Translations under genes and position numbers: made by a program
The notes under the pieces: generated by a model
Told to the model about the DNA's origin: nothing
The model's input: only the letters and a program-made list of their open reading frames with translations
Databases searched by the model: none
Shown: one piece after another, positions 26,215 to 35,984 of the stretch
Layout of the letters: each line of letters starts with the position of its first letter
Numbering within the stretch: position 1 is the first letter of the stretch
DNA from: Candidatus Yonathbacteria bacterium
Lineage (GTDB): Bacteria > Patescibacteriota > Minisyncoccia > Phycocordibacterales > JACNGX01
Assembly: GCA_013334825.1 (NCBI GenBank)
Contig: JAAXWR010000003.1
Location: forward strand, 101,167 to 165,166
Direction of reading: 5' to 3'
Length of the DNA stretch: 64,000 nucleotides

Positions 26215-26976
26215 ATGGTCAAAGATACATTGAAACAAATTGGTCTTTCTGACAAAGAAACAGAGGTGTATTTGTGTGTACTAGAACACACCACCATCAC
26301 CCCCACTCTCATATCAAAAAAGACGGGGATAAGTCGTCCGACGGTATATGCGGCAGGAAAAGCGTTGCAAAATAAGGGTTTTATTGCCGAAGAACCGTCT
26401 TCTGCGGGGATACGTTTTATCGCTCTCCCCCCGCGGGTTATCGTTTCGGACTTAGAAAAACGTCAAGATGCACTGGATATGCAATTTGCCCTTGCGGGAT
26501 CTTTGATTGAAGAATTGAACCTTCTCCCTAAATCACAGGGATACTCAATACCAAAAGTGCAATTTATTGATGACGTACACTTTCTTGAATATGCGTTTAA
26601 AAAGTCAGATGAATGGGATAAAAGTGCTCTTTCACGAGACGCTACATGGTGGGGCATTCAGGACAGTACTCTTGTGGAAAATATGAATGATTGGCTTGTA
26701 TGGTATTGGAAAAGAGCGGATAAGAAGATTCGGACAAAAATCGTGACAAATGAACAAGAAGAAGGATATTCATTTAAAGGACAAGAAAATCCACGCCGAG
26801 AAATGCGCTATTGGCGCGCGGGTGAACATATTCGTGCAACAAACTTGGTTATTGGAGACTATATCCTCATCGTCAATACCTATAAACGGCCATACTCAAT
26901 TTTCGAAATATATGATGCGGTAACCGCAGAAGGTTTACGACAAGTGTTCAAAGGCATCTGGAATGATTTGGGTTAA
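26215..26976 (+). CDS. TrmB-family transcriptional regulator (N-terminal winged HTH).
   Basis: IGLSDKETEVYLCVLEH...ISKKTGISRPTVYAAGKALQNKGFI matches the TrmB HTH. The C-terminal domain is divergent. Confidence 0.75.
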   Translation: MVKDTLKQIGLSDKETEVYLCVLEHTTITPTLISKKTGISRPTVYAAGKALQNKGFIAEEPSSAGIRFIALPPRVIVSDLEKRQDALDMQFALAGSLIEELNLLPKSQGYSIPKVQFIDDVHFLEYAFKKSDEWDKSALSRDATWWGIQDSTLVENMNDWLVWYWKRADKKIRTKIVTNEQEEGYSFKGQENPRREMRYWRAGEHIRATNLVIGDYILIVNTYKRPYSIFEIYDAVTAEGLRQVFKGIWNDLG

Positions 26977-27423
26977 TATTCATGTATAAAGGACATGGGA
27001 ATTGTGGAAACATTGTTGAGATATAAGGATATTTTTGTAGAAAACTGTGGATAAGTTAGTGGATATGTGTATAAAAGACATGAAAAAATATACGTCCTTT
27101 AGAAAAAAGACGGAAAGAGACAAGGTGTTCTACGTTGTTATATAAGGATATTTGACCGTTTTAAGATTATTATGGTGTTGTTTCGGTAACTTTTTGTAAA
27201 TAGTTTCACGTGAAACGTATTTTATGTAGTGTGAGATGTTTCATATGAAACTAAATGCGGACACTACGTAGAAAATCGCGGAGTAAACGCGGAAGATCGC
27301 GGAACGAAACCAGAAAGTCGCAGGTCTTGCGCAAAAACTAGATGAAGTTCTGATTCTCAAGAGTGCAGCTATTCTTGGAACATAAAAACTATTGGAGATC
27401 GATTTTGTTTGCCAATGTTCAGT

Positions 27424-27531
27424 CTGTCATTCTGGCCTTGAAAAAGAATTCACAGAGAAATGTCCCTTTTCTAGATTCCGGGTCACCTACTTCGCTAAGC
27501 TCCGCAGGTTGTAAAGTCCGGAATGACAAGC
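27424..27531 (+). mobile_element. Short element of about 108 bp with 12-bp terminal inverted repeats (tgtcattctgg ... ccggaatgacaag).
   Basis: A second copy with the same terminal inverted repeats (tgtcattccggg ... cccagaatgacag) lies at about 28128-28208. The two copies flank yraN. Confidence 0.5.
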
Positions 27532-27638
27532 TTGTTTCATCGTTTATCGTTCATGTGTTATTCTTACTTCGTGATCCTTGATTCTCTTTCGTCCCATAAT
27601 TCTTAATTCATTATTCATAATTCACGTCTCAGTTACAC

Positions 27639-28055
27639 ATGAAAACAACAAAACGTGCCTTTGGCGATATTGGCGAGGATCTCGCGGAAAAGTTTCTCAT
27701 GAAACACGGTTTTGAGGTTGTGGACCGAAACTATAACAAAAAATGGGGAGAATTGGATATTGTTGCACGTGAAACATTGAAAAAGGGCTTTAAATATAGA
27801 TTTATTGAAGTAAAAAGTGTTTCATGTGAAAACATCGAGATGATTTCACATGAAACACTGCAAAAAGACACGAGACCAGAAGAACAAGTTCATGTATGGA
27901 AACAAAAGCGTCTAGGAAAGGCGATACAAACATATATTGAAGAAAAAAAGATTTCACATGAAACACCGTGGCAGTTTGATATTGTTGCTGTTTTTATTGA
28001 TAAAACTAATAAAAAAGCGAAAATACGGTTTGTAGAGGGGGTAGTGTTAGGTTAG
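27639..28055 (+). CDS. yraN: YraN-family (UPF0102) PD-(D/E)xK endonuclease with an in-frame repeat insertion of about 25 aa.
   Basis: An AFGDIGEDLAEKFL...GELDIVA...FIEVK core, with an inserted segment ...SCENIEMISHETLQKD...KISHETPWQ. The insertion is encoded by three TTTCACATGAAAC palindromes at about 27820-27966. Confidence 0.8.
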   Translation: MKTTKRAFGDIGEDLAEKFLMKHGFEVVDRNYNKKWGELDIVARETLKKGFKYRFIEVKSVSCENIEMISHETLQKDTRPEEQVHVWKQKRLGKAIQTYIEEKKISHETPWQFDIVAVFIDKTNKKAKIRFVEGVVLG

Positions 28056-28410
28056 AGCTTATAGGTGTTAGGTTATAGATACAGGTAGGGAGTAAGAGTG
28101 AATGATAAACCGAGGAGATTAAAAACGCTCTGTCATTCCGGGCTTGACCTGGAATCTATGGAGTGGTGCCTACTCTCTGGATTCTTGGTCAAACCCAGAA
28201 TGACAGACCGAACATTGATAAACGAAACACTTTCTAATGGTTTTTATCTTCTGAGAATAGTTTTACTCTAGGAACTTTGTTTAGTTTCCGCATCAGTTCC
28301 GTGACTTTCCGCGTATATTCTGCATATCTTCCGTGTCTAGTCCGCACCGTGTCCGCGTGTGTTCCGCGTAGGTTTTATAAAGGACACTAAAGGACATCCA
28401 CAGGGTATTT

Positions 28411-28439
28411 GTCTTTTATAATGGACATGTGCTATAATG
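28411..28439 (+). promoter_or_regulatory. Promoter for tRNA-Pro: TTGTCT, a 17-bp spacer, TATAAT.
   Basis: The -10 hexamer lies 7 nt upstream of the tRNA 5' end. Confidence 0.55.
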
Positions 28440-28446
28440 TACGGAA

Positions 28447-28519
28447 CGGGGCATAGTGTAACGGCTAACATGCCTGCTTTGGGAGCAGGTGACTCCCGGT
28501 TCGAATCCGGGTGCCCCGA
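28447..28519 (+). tRNA. tRNA-Pro (anticodon TGG), no encoded CCA.
   Basis: cggggcatagtgtaacggctaac...cctgctttgggagcagg...ggttcgaatccgggtgccccga. Cloverleaf traced. Confidence 0.95.
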
Positions 28520-28535
28520 ACGCAGTGAGGAGTAC

Positions 28536-28618
28536 TCGGATTCGAACCGAGGAGGGGGTCGGGGAACCTGCGGTTCCCCGTGTCGGAAGTCTGCGAAACC
28601 GAGGGTTTCGCAAGCGCA
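28536..28618 (-). ncRNA. Structured 'X' element, copy 3 (hairpin gcgaaac-cctcg-gtttcgc, hairpin ggggaacc-gca-ggttcccc, T-arm-like ctcggttcgaatccgag).
   Basis: It shares its architecture with 21225-21320. It lies immediately downstream of tRNA-Pro on the opposite strand. Confidence 0.45.
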
Positions 28619-28692
28619 GGGAAGGTGAGCGCATCCCGCGAACCTTCCCGAGCAGTAAGGTTCCGGGTGCCCCGAAAGAGCGGAGCGATTTC

Positions 28693-28786
28693 TGGACACC
28701 CGGATTCGAACGCGAAGGGGGTCGGGGAAACTGTAGTTTTCCCGTGGAGGAGGCTTATGGAACCGTGGGTTCCATAAGCGCACCCA
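28693..28786 (-). ncRNA. Structured 'X' element, copy 2 (hairpin cttatggaa-cccacgg-ttccataag, hairpin ggggaaaactacagttttcccc, pseudo T-arm cgcgttcgaatccgggtgtcc).
   Basis: Same order of elements as copy 1. Hairpin 1 stem differs completely while the loop and linker are conserved, which is covariation. Confidence 0.45.
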
Positions 28787-28882
28787 GCTCTACTTTCATG
28801 TATTACGCATATACACGTATAATTTTTTGCCAGTGTATACGGTTGTTATGTGTACGATTGCCCGTGATGAAAGTAGGGCTGG
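28784..28882 (-). mobile_element. MITE-like element, copy c (inverted copy of 21123-21225). It is followed by gagcagtgagtatt and a third copy of the tRNA-Pro 3' end (ccgggtgccccga at about 28898-28910).
   Basis: Near-identity of the reverse complement to copy b. The tRNA-Pro 3'-terminal 13 nt recur at 28506-28519, 28665-28677 and 28898-28910. A direct repeat gcagtgag(g)agta(c)t(c)gg lies at about 28522-28540 and about 28887-28900. Confidence 0.65.
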
Positions 28883-29052
28883 GGAGCAGTGAGTATTCCG
28901 GGTGCCCCGAAAAAACATGTTAGGAAATGCCGAATTTTATATTGCTTTACGGAACGAGGATTATCTTCACCGCCACTCCATCAAAAAACAATTACGGAAT
29001 AACCGTTTTTGAATAAAGATACTATATTCTGAACATGTAATTTTTTTATCTT

Positions 29053-30246
29053 ATGTCTCCTGAATCACTTATCAGACCAACGTTCGATGACCCAGCGTAT
29101 ACTCCTTTGGAAAAAGCCGCTTCTTTATTTGAAGAACATCCTGAAGAGGAAAAAACATATGCTAACCCTTCTCAGTTTGAGAAAAGACAATGGCACGAAC
29201 TGAAAACTGCCGTGGAAATGATGGCACATGATGTGAATGGATACTTGAAAGAAAAAACAGGTTTAGAGAAACCTGTGATTGATGAGTATGGGCGTATTTC
29301 CCCCGATGCGTATGCGGGAACATTTAATTTTCCTCAGAAAAAGATTGACACGGACAATACATACGTAGCAGAAAAAGAAGAAGAGTTTATGTGGCAGGCA
29401 GCATCGCATAAAGCTGGGTCAGCAAGAGAGCCGGTATATAATGCAATGACGGAATCTGACAAAGAAAAAATCGCGTATTATTACGCGACGACATATGGTG
29501 TGTCTACAACAAAAGATATGCTTGATATGTGGAGAGAGGAACGTTCGCAGGGGCTTGCTGAAGGATGGGAGATGCTTTCCACAGCTCTTTTTCATAAAGC
29601 ATTTGGGGATCGAATGATTGTGGCACGTGCGTCGGCATTTGATGATATTGCAAACGGAGTTGATACTGTAATTATTGATAAGGAAAGTGGTGATATCATT
29701 TGCGCATTTGATGAATTGCATGAAGTACAAGGTGCTGTACTGTCAGAAAAACGGAGAGAAATGAAAAGAGTTGCCATGAAGCAAAAAAATAATACAGGTG
29801 GCGTAACTCTTTCATATGGGTTTAAAAAGACACAGGCAGGATTTACTCCCACATCTATGACGCACGTCCCTGTGCTATGTCTTTCTGTTGAGACAGAACC
29901 TTTGAAGCGTATCTTGTATGGATTTTCTGCGGAAGGGAATCTTTCTGATGAGGAGCGAGTGTTTGTGTCTGATATGCTGGAGCAACTTCTTGTTGAGGCA
30001 GAACATGCCGATGATGCACTTGTGGAAGAAGGAGAACGAAGACGCGAAAGACGAAATGTGGTTATTGAAGAACGGAAACGTTTACAGTCTGGATATGGAG
30101 AGCGTAATTTTGCAAAAGAACGCGCGCTTCTTGCAGAAGAGCACACGCTGACTATGCCGATTGACGAAGCTCCTGTTACACAACGCGTGCGAAGAACAAG
30201 ACATATATTACATGCACTACTCGAAGAATTGCATGCACGTGAGTAA
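29053..30246 (+). CDS. Hypothetical protein of 397 aa, with a charged coiled-coil C-terminus.
   Basis: First gene downstream of the tRNA-Pro repeat island. No domain recognised. Confidence 0.6.
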   Translation: MSPESLIRPTFDDPAYTPLEKAASLFEEHPEEEKTYANPSQFEKRQWHELKTAVEMMAHDVNGYLKEKTGLEKPVIDEYGRISPDAYAGTFNFPQKKIDTDNTYVAEKEEEFMWQAASHKAGSAREPVYNAMTESDKEKIAYYYATTYGVSTTKDMLDMWREERSQGLAEGWEMLSTALFHKAFGDRMIVARASAFDDIANGVDTVIIDKESGDIICAFDELHEVQGAVLSEKRREMKRVAMKQKNNTGGVTLSYGFKKTQAGFTPTSMTHVPVLCLSVETEPLKRILYGFSAEGNLSDEERVFVSDMLEQLLVEAEHADDALVEEGERRRERRNVVIEERKRLQSGYGERNFAKERALLAEEHTLTMPIDEAPVTQRVRRTRHILHALLEELHARE

Positions 30247-30310
30247 TCTATGTAGTTTCATATAAAAAACCGCACATATGTCGAATAGTGCGGTTTTTGT
30301 TTTTGCCTTA

Positions 30311-30526
30311 TTACATCTGCGAAGCAGAGTCTTTTTTTGTTGTCGCTGCGATAATCAAGTATATCGCGGCGATGCCGACAACAATATAGACAATACGCGA
30401 AACGGCAGACATATCTCCGAAGAGTGTGGCAACGAGATCAAACTCGAATGCGCCCACAAGTCCCCAATTGAGACCGCCAACGACCGTGAGGACGAGAGCG
30501 ACCCAATCAATGGAAGAAAACTTCAT
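30311..30526 (-). CDS. DUF378-family small membrane protein.
   Basis: VVGGLNWGLVG motif and two TM helices in 71 aa. Confidence 0.7.
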   Translation of the reverse strand: MKFSSIDWVALVLTVVGGLNWGLVGAFEFDLVATLFGDMSAVSRIVYIVVGIAAIYLIIAATTKKDSASQM

Positions 30527-30624
30527 AATGGAGTGTCTAAGAGAGATGGTGGATAAATTCGACCTTCTCTATGTAGTATATCGCGTTAAAAAATTACGAC
30601 CACTCTATCTGGGGATAATAATTA

Positions 30625-31767
30625 TTGTTGCATGCTTTTTGTGAGGGCTGTATGATGATACGTATGATTTCTTTTTCTTCTTTCGTGAGTACTTTTCATG
30701 CATTTTTTGATAAGCCACTTTGGGCACATGAATTTTTTGGTAATACATTAGGAGAATATGCATTCGCGTTTCTTTGGGGTGTTGTGTTTTGGGTGGTACT
30801 TGTGTTTTTGCATTGGACATTAGTGGGTATTGTGCGCTTCTTTTCGAGACGTACGAAGACTGTTGCGGATGAAGCGTTTGTGGGTGTCGCGGGGACACTT
30901 AATAAATGGTTTTATGCGTTTCTTGCACTATATGCCGCGGTCCATATACTTGATATTCCTGAAGCCCAGATGTCTTGGTTTAAAACCACATTGATTATTT
31001 GGACAGGGTATCAGGTTGTCCTCGGTTTTCTTGTTGTTGTTGATAAGATACTTGAAGCGTTTTTTGAAAAAAATATGGATGGTGATGAAGACGGAAAAGG
31101 GGAAAGCACCCGCACGTTTATTGGTATGATTGTTCGGGCTGTTGTATGGGTCGCTGCGTTTTTGTTTGTATTAGAACTTGTCGGAGTGAATGTTGGTGCC
31201 CTTGCCACCGGACTTGGAGTTGGAGGTGTCATTATTGCATTTGCACTTCAGAGTGTACTATCAGATTTGTTTAGCACATTTGTCATTCACGCAGAAAAAC
31301 CGTTTAAACCAGGAGATTTTATTGTTGTAGGTGAACATCGTGGCACCGTAAAGTCTATTGGGATTAAAACGACACGCATTCAAGCGCTCCAAGGTGAAGA
31401 AATTGTTATTTCTAATCAAGAAATGACATCGGCGCGCGTACAGAATTTTAAGATGATGGAGGAGCGACGGGTGCTCGCAACACTCGGTATTGTATACGAT
31501 ACCCCGATTGAAAAAGTTCGCGCCATTCCTGATATGATACGACATATTGTTGAAGAGCGTTCGGATGTACGTTTTGGGCGTGCGCACTTTCGTTCATTTG
31601 GAGATTCTGCGCTTGAGATAGAACTAGTATATTTTATTTTGTCGAATGATTATGATACCTATATGAATGCGCAACAGGCGATTAATTTTGCAATTATGGA
31701 AGCGTTTGCTCGTGAGCGTATTGAATTTGCGTTTCCGACGCAGATGGTGTATGTGAGGAAAGAGTAG
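30625..31767 (+). CDS. MscS-family mechanosensitive ion channel.
   Basis: N-terminal TM helices, a pore-helix region GVNVGALATGLGVGGVIIAFALQSVLSDL, and a beta-domain GDFIVVGEHRGTVKSIGIKTTRI. Confidence 0.85.
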   Translation: MLHAFCEGCMMIRMISFSSFVSTFHAFFDKPLWAHEFFGNTLGEYAFAFLWGVVFWVVLVFLHWTLVGIVRFFSRRTKTVADEAFVGVAGTLNKWFYAFLALYAAVHILDIPEAQMSWFKTTLIIWTGYQVVLGFLVVVDKILEAFFEKNMDGDEDGKGESTRTFIGMIVRAVVWVAAFLFVLELVGVNVGALATGLGVGGVIIAFALQSVLSDLFSTFVIHAEKPFKPGDFIVVGEHRGTVKSIGIKTTRIQALQGEEIVISNQEMTSARVQNFKMMEERRVLATLGIVYDTPIEKVRAIPDMIRHIVEERSDVRFGRAHFRSFGDSALEIELVYFILSNDYDTYMNAQQAINFAIMEAFARERIEFAFPTQMVYVRKE

Positions 31768-31970
31768 AGATAGTATAAAGATTCCAAATCATACATATCA
31801 AATCTTAAGCAAAAATAATCAAACTCCAATGTTTAAAATGAAATGAGAAATACTCTATGCGGGAGTAATCTCTGTGGCGAACATAAATTTTATGAATAAC
31901 ACACATAAGCGCGGGCGGGCTTTGAAAGCCCGCCCGCGCATGTTATTCCATATATGTTTACATATAACCA

Positions 31971-33182
31971 TCAGCGCAATTCCGCAAGAAGCATATCAAG
32001 AAGACGTTCCCATTCTGTTTCTGCGAAATATGTTGCTTGCGTCTCTGGGTCTGCAAGAAATTGCGAAAGGGTGAGTCCAGTATCCTGTATAAGTGTGCTG
32101 TTGATGTGTCCAAAAGTGATTGCGTTTAATTGACGATCGGCAGTGGTTGCTCCATCTGTACTTGTCGCAATAATACCAAGGAGTTTTCCTGTCACACGTT
32201 CAAATACGCCACCTCCTGAGGAACCGTGTTGTGATGCGATGCTTCCTTGTATGGAAATAAGATCAGCTGATCCAGTTTGGAATGTAAATGTTTCAAGAAG
32301 TGAAGAGGGTGCTGTAACAGGCCAGAGATCGCTTTGCACTGTTGCGCCACCAATGTATTCCGCGGGATAACTTGCAACGAGAACATCTGTGTTTGGGGCA
32401 TAGGATTCTCGTGTCGCGTAATTCACAAAAGGAAATGAAGAGGGAAGTGGCGTTGTTGTTTTTGAGGAGGTTATAAAAAGGAGGGCGATGTCGTGTTCTC
32501 CAGTGCCAGTTGGATTGTCTTCTACAATAGTAGCAGCATTTTCTTCAACCCATGATGACGAGACAAAAAGAGGTGTCGCGTCATACGTAATACGTGCTGG
32601 ACCCCCTGTCCGTATCACGCAGTCAATGAGTGAGCCGTGTTTGTAGTGTTCAAGTAGGAAATATTCCCCAATGTGTGCATTTGTAACAATGATGCCACGA
32701 GGATCAATAATCATACCGCTACCAGAAATGGGATTGAGCGCGCCACCTTGTGTGGTGATACACATGATATTGACCAGCGCTGCTCGCGCTGACGCATTGA
32801 GTTCTTCAGCAGAAATGGATGGTGTTTGTGGCGCAGGTTCTTCTGTGGGGAGAGAGGCACTTTGTTCTTGTGGTGCGGAGAGAGAGTTTTTGGGTGAAAA
32901 GAGTTCTTCTGCTGAGGAGAAAAGATTATCGAAAGAGAAAGAGGACGTTGTTGTTGTGGTGTCTGGTGTATAGGATGTTTCTTGCTCACTTTCTTCTTGT
33001 GTGACTGGTTCTGTTGTGAGTGATGCTTCTTGTTGTGGGGCAGGAAATGAAAGATGTTGTTCCGCGGGCATTACAGGAAGGATACCAAGAGTAACCAGAA
33101 ATTGCGTGCATATAAACACGAGCCCCATAAAAAGTGTTGCCAGTCCGTTGAAAAATAGTTCAAACATAAGCATAGTATACAA
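31971..33182 (-). CDS. Membrane-anchored trypsin-like (S1-family) serine protease.
   Basis: N-terminal TM helix, a low-complexity linker, a C-terminal chymotrypsin fold with a DIALLFI (catalytic Asp) region and a GSSGGGVF (catalytic Ser) motif. Confidence 0.8.
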   Translation of the reverse strand: MYTMLMFELFFNGLATLFMGLVFICTQFLVTLGILPVMPAEQHLSFPAPQQEASLTTEPVTQEESEQETSYTPDTTTTTSSFSFDNLFSSAEELFSPKNSLSAPQEQSASLPTEEPAPQTPSISAEELNASARAALVNIMCITTQGGALNPISGSGMIIDPRGIIVTNAHIGEYFLLEHYKHGSLIDCVIRTGGPARITYDATPLFVSSSWVEENAATIVEDNPTGTGEHDIALLFITSSKTTTPLPSSFPFVNYATRESYAPNTDVLVASYPAEYIGGATVQSDLWPVTAPSSLLETFTFQTGSADLISIQGSIASQHGSSGGGVFERVTGKLLGIIATSTDGATTADRQLNAITFGHINSTLIQDTGLTLSQFLADPETQATYFAETEWERLLDMLLAELR

Positions 33183-33402
33183 TGATACGCATACTTGCGG
33201 GACATATTTCGTGGATAGGTGTCATGACACCATGAGGTATTCTGGGACTTTTTATGAGCGCATGATATTGACAGTATGTGAATATGCTTGTGAGATATTG
33301 ACTTTTTTGATCTTTCGTGATATGATTCTCTTGTAGATGACACGCATATGAACGTCCTGTCATTTTCATTAAAGGTCGTTTTCGGGAATTTTCCCGACAA
33401 TT

Positions 33403-33594
33403 TTGGCAGTAATTTCAGGTCTAACTATGAGTGATGACACAATGAATCCGCAGGCGGATGAAGTGCGCGTTGATGCCCCTGTCGCTCCGGCAGAAACACC
33501 GGAGGTTGTTTCGGAAGAAACTCCAGTACAGGAAGGTGGCGATGTTGCCCCTGCTTCGGATATCGAAACCCCTGCTGAAACTGCAACTGCGTAG
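33403..33594 (+). CDS. Small acidic Pro/Glu/Thr/Ala-rich protein.
   Basis: ORF followed by a clean terminator (aaaacccgcctctggcgggtttt plus T tract, about 33605-33637). Low confidence because the sequence is low-complexity. Confidence 0.35.
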   Translation: MAVISGLTMSDDTMNPQADEVRVDAPVAPAETPEVVSEETPVQEGGDVAPASDIETPAETATA

Positions 33595-33764
33595 TTTCCT
33601 CTCCAAAACCCGCCTCTGGCGGGTTTTGTGTTTTTTTGATAGGATAGGGAAGCGAGACGAGAAGTTAGAAATTAGGAATTAGAAATATGAAGAGAATATG
33701 TGATTTGGTCGTTGCGTAGTCCGTTCTACGAACTACGAACCATGAACTAAGAACTAGTAACAAC

Positions 33765-33837
33765 GCGGGTATAGTTTAGTGGTAGAACCTCTGCCTTCCA
33801 AGCAGATGACGGGAGTTCGATTCTCCCTACCCGCACC
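33765..33837 (+). tRNA. tRNA-Gly (anticodon TCC). CC is encoded but the terminal A is not.
   Basis: gcgggtatagtttagtggtagaac...ctgccttccaagcag...gggagttcgattctccctacccgcacc. Same body as tRNA-Gly(GCC) with a different anticodon arm. Confidence 0.95.
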
Positions 33838-34020
33838 CAGCCCTACTTTCATAAAAAACGCATGTACAGTACGTGCGTTTTTTATGTGATTATCAGATAT
33901 ATATTTTGGGGGTGTTTCATGAAAGTAGGGCTGGGTGCGGGTAGAGCGATGCAACTGCTTGCATCGCGCTTGCCTCGCCGAAACCTGTCTTTGAGACAGG
34001 TGAAGGCGGGTGGAGAATCA
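33836..34020 (+). mobile_element. Second copy of the tRNA-Gly-associated element, fused directly to the tRNA 3' end. It is truncated after ggcgggtggagaatc and is followed by a minus-strand terminator.
   Basis: It is more than 98% identical to 22836-23017. The inverted-repeat arms are ctacccgcacccagccctactttcat / atgaaagtagggctgggtgcgggtag (26 bp including the tRNA acceptor). Confidence 0.65.
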
Positions 34021-34057
34021 AATAAAAAACCGGCGCCCATAAGGGCGCCGTGACATT

Positions 34058-34318
34058 TCACTCCCAATACATCTTCATTTTCATTGCGGGGACACTTATT
34101 ATCGTACCCCACAAAAACACAACGAATCCCCCAAGTTCTCCATATGGAAAATCTTTTGCGTATCCAAACGCAAAGATAATCATAACGGAAACAAACGTAA
34201 TTCCTCCAACTATCCCAAGAAGGATAGTGGGGATGTTTTTTTCGCTCGAGCGTACCTTCCACACAGCAAGCGCGAGGGACATTGCCAAATATAGGCACAG
34301 GATGATTATTTTTAACAT
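34058..34318 (-). CDS. Small hypothetical membrane protein (3 TM helices).
   Basis: 86-aa hydrophobic ORF with a downstream terminator at about 34025-34050. Confidence 0.45.
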   Translation of the reverse strand: MLKIIILCLYLAMSLALAVWKVRSSEKNIPTILLGIVGGITFVSVMIIFAFGYAKDFPYGELGGFVVFLWGTIISVPAMKMKMYWE

Positions 34319-34448
34319 AATATTCTCCTTGGGTGAATGGTTGAATTGAACTTTCTAAGAGTATAATAGCAGAAAATTGACATACTTGCGAAAAAGTTGT
34401 ACAAAATAGGTATATTTTCAACTAATAGTTGAAAAATGGTACAAAAAA

Positions 34449-35303
34449 ATGTATGATTGGAACATGCTTTCATTCTATAAAGGCATTGAAAACGATATTA
34501 TCAAACGTCTTGCGAATGGTCCTTTGTCTGCGAAGGCTCTGGTGAAAGAGATTGCACGAGAACGCAAGGTGACAGATCAGGGTGTATATAAAGCGCTTAA
34601 GTATCTCGTGGACGAAGAGGTAATCACGAAACAGAAACGGTCTGTTGGATTGTCACATGCTTGGGTGGAACGATTATCTGAATTCGCTGATGATGTTGTG
34701 CAGGCATATGAAGTGAGTGAAATGAACGACTTTCTCCATCTTGAAGACGGAGGAAAGGTTTCGTATACATTTACCGAATATATCAAAGCAGATGTACATT
34801 GGGCACATATCTTTTTTATGCTTGCGAAACGGACCGATGCGCCGATTTTCTTTCTTTCACCGCATGACTGGTTTATCGTCGCCCGTCCGGATACGGAATC
34901 GGTGCTCTACTCATGGGCAGAGCGTGCACAGAGACATATTTATACAATGATGAAACGTAATACCCCTTTGGATAAAGCGACAGAGAAACTTCTCAGTGGT
35001 GATTTTGTGCACCTATATTGTGATAGTGATGTGAATGCTCCCATGAATCACTTTACGACATCTATCGGTGATTTTATTTTTGATTTTATTATCCCTGAGC
35101 ATGTCGCGGATGAAATGGAGGAATTGTACCGGGCGCACACCGAAATCAATGAGGAAACAACAATAGCATTTCGGGCCCTTACCAATAAGAAGTGGCCGGT
35201 GCGTTTCACAGTGGAGCACAACGCAAAAAAATCCCTCAAATTCCGTCGTCGTCTCGCAAAAGACTTTTTTATCCCCGCGGACGTACGAGAGGGGTGGTTG
35301 TAG
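34449..35303 (+). CDS. Putative winged-HTH transcriptional regulator (TrmB/MarR-like N-terminus).
   Basis: N-terminal LSAKALVKEIARERKVTDQGVYKALKYLVDEEVI wHTH-like segment. Weak call. Confidence 0.45.
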   Translation: MYDWNMLSFYKGIENDIIKRLANGPLSAKALVKEIARERKVTDQGVYKALKYLVDEEVITKQKRSVGLSHAWVERLSEFADDVVQAYEVSEMNDFLHLEDGGKVSYTFTEYIKADVHWAHIFFMLAKRTDAPIFFLSPHDWFIVARPDTESVLYSWAERAQRHIYTMMKRNTPLDKATEKLLSGDFVHLYCDSDVNAPMNHFTTSIGDFIFDFIIPEHVADEMEELYRAHTEINEETTIAFRALTNKKWPVRFTVEHNAKKSLKFRRRLAKDFFIPADVREGWL

Positions 35304-35402
35304 TGTGACTTCTTTTGTTGCCTTGCATATTTGGGCTGTATATGCTTAAATAGCATGCATACGCGATAGGGACTCCCCGAGCACGCGTTACCTATCATAC
35401 CT

Positions 35403-35491
35403 ATGGGAACATCACTTAAAAACAAACGCAAAAGCGTGAAGCGTCGTCGTCGCAAGAAAATGCGTCGTGAGAATCGCTTTAAGAACAAATA
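35403..35491 (+). CDS. 29-aa highly basic peptide (MGTSLKNKRKSVKRRRRKKMRRENRFKNK). It may be a ribosome-associated small protein of the bS22-like class.
   Basis: Not in the ORF track because it is shorter than 60 aa. It has its own terminator (aaaaagagtcgcttcatgcgactcttttt at about 35494-35525) and an upstream promoter-like TTGCAT...TTAAAT. Identity is by composition only. Confidence 0.35.
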
Positions 35492-35653
35492 ACAAAAAGA
35501 GTCGCTTCATGCGACTCTTTTTGTTATTTGTTTAGGAATATGAAAAACGAAATATGAAATATGTGGAAGCAAAACTATCCAGAGATACTATTGAATACAG
35601 TATGATACATATTGGTATATGCCAGTAACCAGCGACCAGTTACTAGTGACTAA

Positions 35654-35710
35654 CTTCACCCACTTACGAAAAAACTCCGCAATGCGGAGTTTTTTCGTAA
35701 GTGGGTGAAG
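35654..35710 (-). terminator. Perfect palindrome with 25-bp arms (cacccacttacgaaaaaactccgca / tgcggagttttttcgtaagtgggtg), a bidirectional terminator downstream of hup.
   Basis: Seen directly. Confidence 0.65.
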
Positions 35711-35711
35711 T

Positions 35712-35984
35712 TTATTTGACTGCGTCCTTGAGCGCTTTTGCTGCGCGGAATTTCGGGACACGGACTGCGGCGACCTTTACGGTCTCTCCGGTGCGCGGGT
35801 TGCGCGCGGTGCGCGCTGCGCGCATTTTGGCGGAGAAGATACCGAGACCGGCAATCGATACTTCGTCACCCTTCTTCAAGGTGTTGACGATGGATTCGAT
35901 CATCGTGTCGACGGCTCGTTCTGCGTCGGCTTTGGTGCCGCCGAGTTTTTCATACACGGCGTCAACGATGGCTGCTTTGTTCAT
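35712..35984 (-). CDS. hup: HU-family DNA-binding protein.
   Basis: MNKAAIVDAVYEKLGGTKADAERAVD...GLGIFSAKMRAARTARNPRTGETVKV matches HU/IHF closely. Confidence 0.92.
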   Translation of the reverse strand: MNKAAIVDAVYEKLGGTKADAERAVDTMIESIVNTLKKGDEVSIAGLGIFSAKMRAARTARNPRTGETVKVAAVRVPKFRAAKALKDAVK

